Below are positions 17,111-20,000 of a DNA stretch of 20,000 bases, in pieces. The position numbers and the translations under genes are program-made. The stretch comes from Trichomonas gallinae. Its lineage: Eukaryota. How positions within the stretch are numbered: the first letter of the stretch is position 1; every line of letters begins with the position of its first letter. The stretch lies in the NCBI GenBank assembly GCA_008369845.1, contig MRSU01011496.1, forward strand, positions 45,667 through 65,666, read 5' to 3'. Under the pieces are notes generated by a model. That model did not search any database. It was not told the origin of the DNA and saw only the letters and a program-made list of their open reading frames with translations.

Positions 17111-19254
17111 TAGATGCCTTCCTTTGTCTTAGGCTTTGAATCAGATCTGGAGTAAATGTCGTTGAGGACGGCGTTCTTGAATGGAATTGGGCTGATTGTT
17201 CTGTCTGCGGCAGAGCTGAGGAGTTCCTCAATCATTGTGTTGAAGAGAGCTGGGTTCTCGATCTTGTCGTGTAATGTCATGTAGATGAAATAAGCATCAA
17301 CCTGCATCTGGTTGAATCCAGCGCACGAAAAAGTAGCCTTCCTGATGTACTCGAGCATTGTCTTGAGCCCGTACATGGCAATAGCCGTAATGACGGACTT
17401 CGACTCGAATGATGGGGCTTGGTTGAGATGCAAGTGATTCAATGTAGTGAACAATCTATCGATTTGAATCATTCCGTCATCTCTCAAACCGTGGAAAAGT
17501 GGCATCTGATTTGCCGGGCCAGATTGTGTCGAGAATGTTGACAATGTTGTGCGGCTGAAAGCTGAAGAGTGGCTCGATGCGACAGATCCCTCCTTGACCT
17601 TCTGCAGGATCTTGTCCAACTGAGCCCAGATCTGGCTGACCTCCTGCATGACTAAGTTTGATGTGATCGAGACATCATGTGGAGTTTTGGCCTCGAGCCA
17701 GTCCATAGCTGTCATGCCTTGCGCGATGAGCTCGGAGAGCATGCGACGCTTCATGTCTATGAAGCGCTTGAGGCACCTTCCAGCGCACTCGTGGCCTGAC
17801 GTCGAAAGCATCGTCTGCATGTTGAGGAGTGGGGACTCTCTATCGAAGCGGGCAGCAACATCGAAGGCTGTTGTGATGGTTTTCTCGCCAAATTGATGGG
17901 CAACGCCGAATGTAAGAAGAGAAAATCTTGCATCAACTTTATCGAACTCATCGAAGAAGGCTTGGAACATCTTAGCTGTTTCCTGGATGATGTGATCTTT
18001 TGCTTCGGCATTGGTTCTGGCCAAAGCTTCGAATTCGCTCATGAGAGAATTGTATGATTTTGTGAATGAAGCGATAATCTCCTTGAAAACAGCATCAAGC
18101 TCAGAGGAAGCATCTGTTTTTGTGATCTTTGATATTGTTTCCTTGATAATGTTGCCGAATCTGTTTTTAACATATTTCTGGAGAAGATTGGAAAGATATG
18201 CTTCGAGTTGGTGTGGAATGGCAATCTTGCCAATGCCAGCGCCGATTTTCGTGATGAACTTAGAGAAATCTTCACAGGATAAAGTATTAAGTAAATTCTC
18301 GTTAATTGCTTTTGTAATCTTACCAAACAACTCCTTGCGATAAGCTGTCATGAACTTGTCGAAATTCCTGTTGCCTTTGATTGGAACAAACTTTTGAAGA
18401 GAAATTGCATAATTATCAATTAATTCATTTGCGCTCCTTCCAACTTCTTCATCGAAGTAGTCTAAGAGCTGGAAGAGATCCTTGGGGAACGAATCTGGTT
18501 TCTCGAACTTTTTAACAGCAAGAAGCAATCTAAACCTCATTAAGTCCTCCAATGTTGAATCTACTGGCATTCCGAGCTTGATCATCGTTGCTGCGCAACC
18601 AACAGCTGCTTTAGCTGTTGTCTCGTCGCTCATCATCACGCCGCGAACTTTAACTTTCACATCTTCAAGGATAGACTTGCATTCTTCGCGAATGCGGATG
18701 AATGACTCAAAATGTGTCTGCGTTTCAAGCACTTTTTCAGCCTTGAGCCATATATCTACGGCTCCTTCGTATTCTTTGAGATCAACATGAGCGCGAAGCT
18801 TAAGTGGAAGCTGGGAAATAAAATCGATACGCTCAAGTAGTCTATCGATACCAACGAGACGCTGTATTTTTTCACGATTTGGCTGTAAATCTGTTCGAAT
18901 AACTGTCGATTGTTGTTGAACCTTTTGAAGGCTGTCTAAAACGTTTTGCATTTTTGATGATAAGTTGTTTAATCCATCGCTCATTGATCTAATTGTTTCT
19001 TCTGCGAGCAAGAATTTCGTATAGTTGTCATAAACAAGGAATTGAAGGCTGTTGTCTAGTTCACGAATTTCCTTTTTAACTGTTAGATCTTTGGTGATTA
19101 AATTTGGAAGATTTTGGTTATTAATTAAATTTCTATAATACGGCTCCGCTTCGAAAGCAGGTCCATCTATGTCTGTTGGGTCTGGCGGTGGTTCAGAACC
19201 ATCATCGTCCTGAATACCGTAGAACTGCTTCATTAACTCAAAGGTTGACGTCAT
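17110..19254 (-). CDS. VPS51: GARP/EARP tethering subunit Vps51 (Ang2/Vps67); probable start at ATG 19254 (upstream ATG 19308 possible)
   Basis: N-terminal LMKQFYG, IDGPAFEAEPYY and EIRELDNSLQFLVYDNYTKFLLAEETIRSM (Vps51 signature). C-terminal IDRLF, LKTMLEYIRKATFSCAGFNQMQVDAYF and SAADR..P match Vps51. TCAAAATTAAAA precedes ATG 19254. Confidence 0.92.
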   Translation of the reverse strand: MTSTFELMKQFYGIQDDDGSEPPPDPTDIDGPAFEAEPYYRNLINNQNLPNLITKDLTVKKEIRELDNSLQFLVYDNYTKFLLAEETIRSMSDGLNNLSSKMQNVLDSLQKVQQQSTVIRTDLQPNREKIQRLVGIDRLLERIDFISQLPLKLRAHVDLKEYEGAVDIWLKAEKVLETQTHFESFIRIREECKSILEDVKVKVRGVMMSDETTAKAAVGCAATMIKLGMPVDSTLEDLMRFRLLLAVKKFEKPDSFPKDLFQLLDYFDEEVGRSANELIDNYAISLQKFVPIKGNRNFDKFMTAYRKELFGKITKAINENLLNTLSCEDFSKFITKIGAGIGKIAIPHQLEAYLSNLLQKYVKNRFGNIIKETISKITKTDASSELDAVFKEIIASFTKSYNSLMSEFEALARTNAEAKDHIIQETAKMFQAFFDEFDKVDARFSLLTFGVAHQFGEKTITTAFDVAARFDRESPLLNMQTMLSTSGHECAGRCLKRFIDMKRRMLSELIAQGMTAMDWLEAKTPHDVSITSNLVMQEVSQIWAQLDKILQKVKEGSVASSHSSAFSRTTLSTFSTQSGPANQMPLFHGLRDDGMIQIDRLFTTLNHLHLNQAPSFESKSVITAIAMYGLKTMLEYIRKATFSCAGFNQMQVDAYFIYMTLHDKIENPALFNTMIEELLSSAADRTISPIPFKNAVLNDIYSRSDSKPKTKEGI

Positions 19255-19944
19255 TTTTAATTTTGATGTATCGTCAATTCTTGAAAATAGCATAAATAGA
19301 TTCTCCATAGTATATATTTTCGAAATACCTTATTTTCGTAGCGATTTATCCTGGACTAGAAGCAAATCGCATAATGAAGCACAATAAGCCATAATACATT
19401 CATATACTCTTAAAGAAGTTAATGGAAATACTTTTGAAAGGTTATGATAAGTATTTATTTTTTGATAATTTTTTTAATCGATAAGATCTATTTTCTATAT
19501 AATAACTGTATTCAAAAACTACTACATATTAATTTGCTAAGTCTAAAATTGATACAAACAAATATTATTTACAAGATATAAAATTCATTTGTTTGATTAT
19601 ACCATATATAGATTTAATAAATCCACTATGATGAAAAGTTATGACCTTTCCTTTTCAAAACTGTTTAGAACACAAATTGGTTGAGCTTGTTTGATTCAAA
19701 ACAATGATAATAAGAAAAATAATTTTTACCATTGTTTAACCAAGATATTTTAATTATTAAATGATATTTAAAAGGGCATAACAGTAGAATATCTAATTAT
19801 ATTGTTTGTATCATTTTTTGTCTATCAAATAAATCAAAAATTTCACCTTTTGTAGTACGTGAAATGAATTTAAAAAAATTTTCGAAAAAGAAAAAATATT
19901 TCAATAAAAATTATAGAAATAATAAACTGGTTGACCGAAGGTGG

Positions 19945-20000
19945 CCCCTATTGAGAGGAATTGAGAGGAAAAACGATTAAAAAGCCCTCAAATATAGGGG
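19945..20000. repeat. 10-bp tandem duplication (TTGAGAGGAA x2) inside an imperfect inverted repeat (CCCCTAT...ATAGGGG)
   Basis: TTGAGAGGAA at 19951 and 19961; CCCCTAT at 19945-19951 against ATAGGGG at 19994-20000; TTGAG pairs with CTCAA. Truncated by the window end. Confidence 0.55.

Noticed and set aside
17648..18790. Five shadow ORFs inside Vps51 (likewise ORFs at 4765, 5326, 8377, 8931, 10178, 12279, 12874, 13291, 15513 and 16285 elsewhere)
   Set aside because: Antisense, alternate-frame or AT-rich intergenic artefacts next to or inside well-supported genes.

Overview
AT-rich eukaryotic DNA with compact, apparently intronless genes in the standard code. Gene content (R2R3 Myb, divergent Rab), Inr-like TCA motifs near the starts and UAAA-type 3' signals suggest a trichomonad (Trichomonas vaginalis-like); this is an inference. 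The window holds ten probable complete CDSs and the 3' tip of an eleventh: R2R3 Myb, Rab GTPase, an 89-aa acidic/basic protein, ESCRT-II Vps36, a FOP/LisH-like protein with a His7 tract and acidic tail, a dymeclin-like protein, a calcineurin-like metallophosphoesterase, a DH-PH RhoGEF, a 465-aa protein with a degenerate VPS9-like C-terminus, and GARP/EARP subunit Vps51. There is no CRISPR array, rRNA, tRNA or intact transposase. The least explained signals are non-coding: ten TTGAC-type motifs phased about 21 bp apart upstream of the Rab, two ~122-bp repeat arrays (9.5 and 14.5 kb) that may be one family, a ~33-bp repeat behind Vps51, and decayed reading frames in the 3.5-kb Myb-Rab intergenic. 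About half of the genes relate to endomembrane trafficking or small-GTPase regulation. I cannot claim a demonstrably new system; these are leads.
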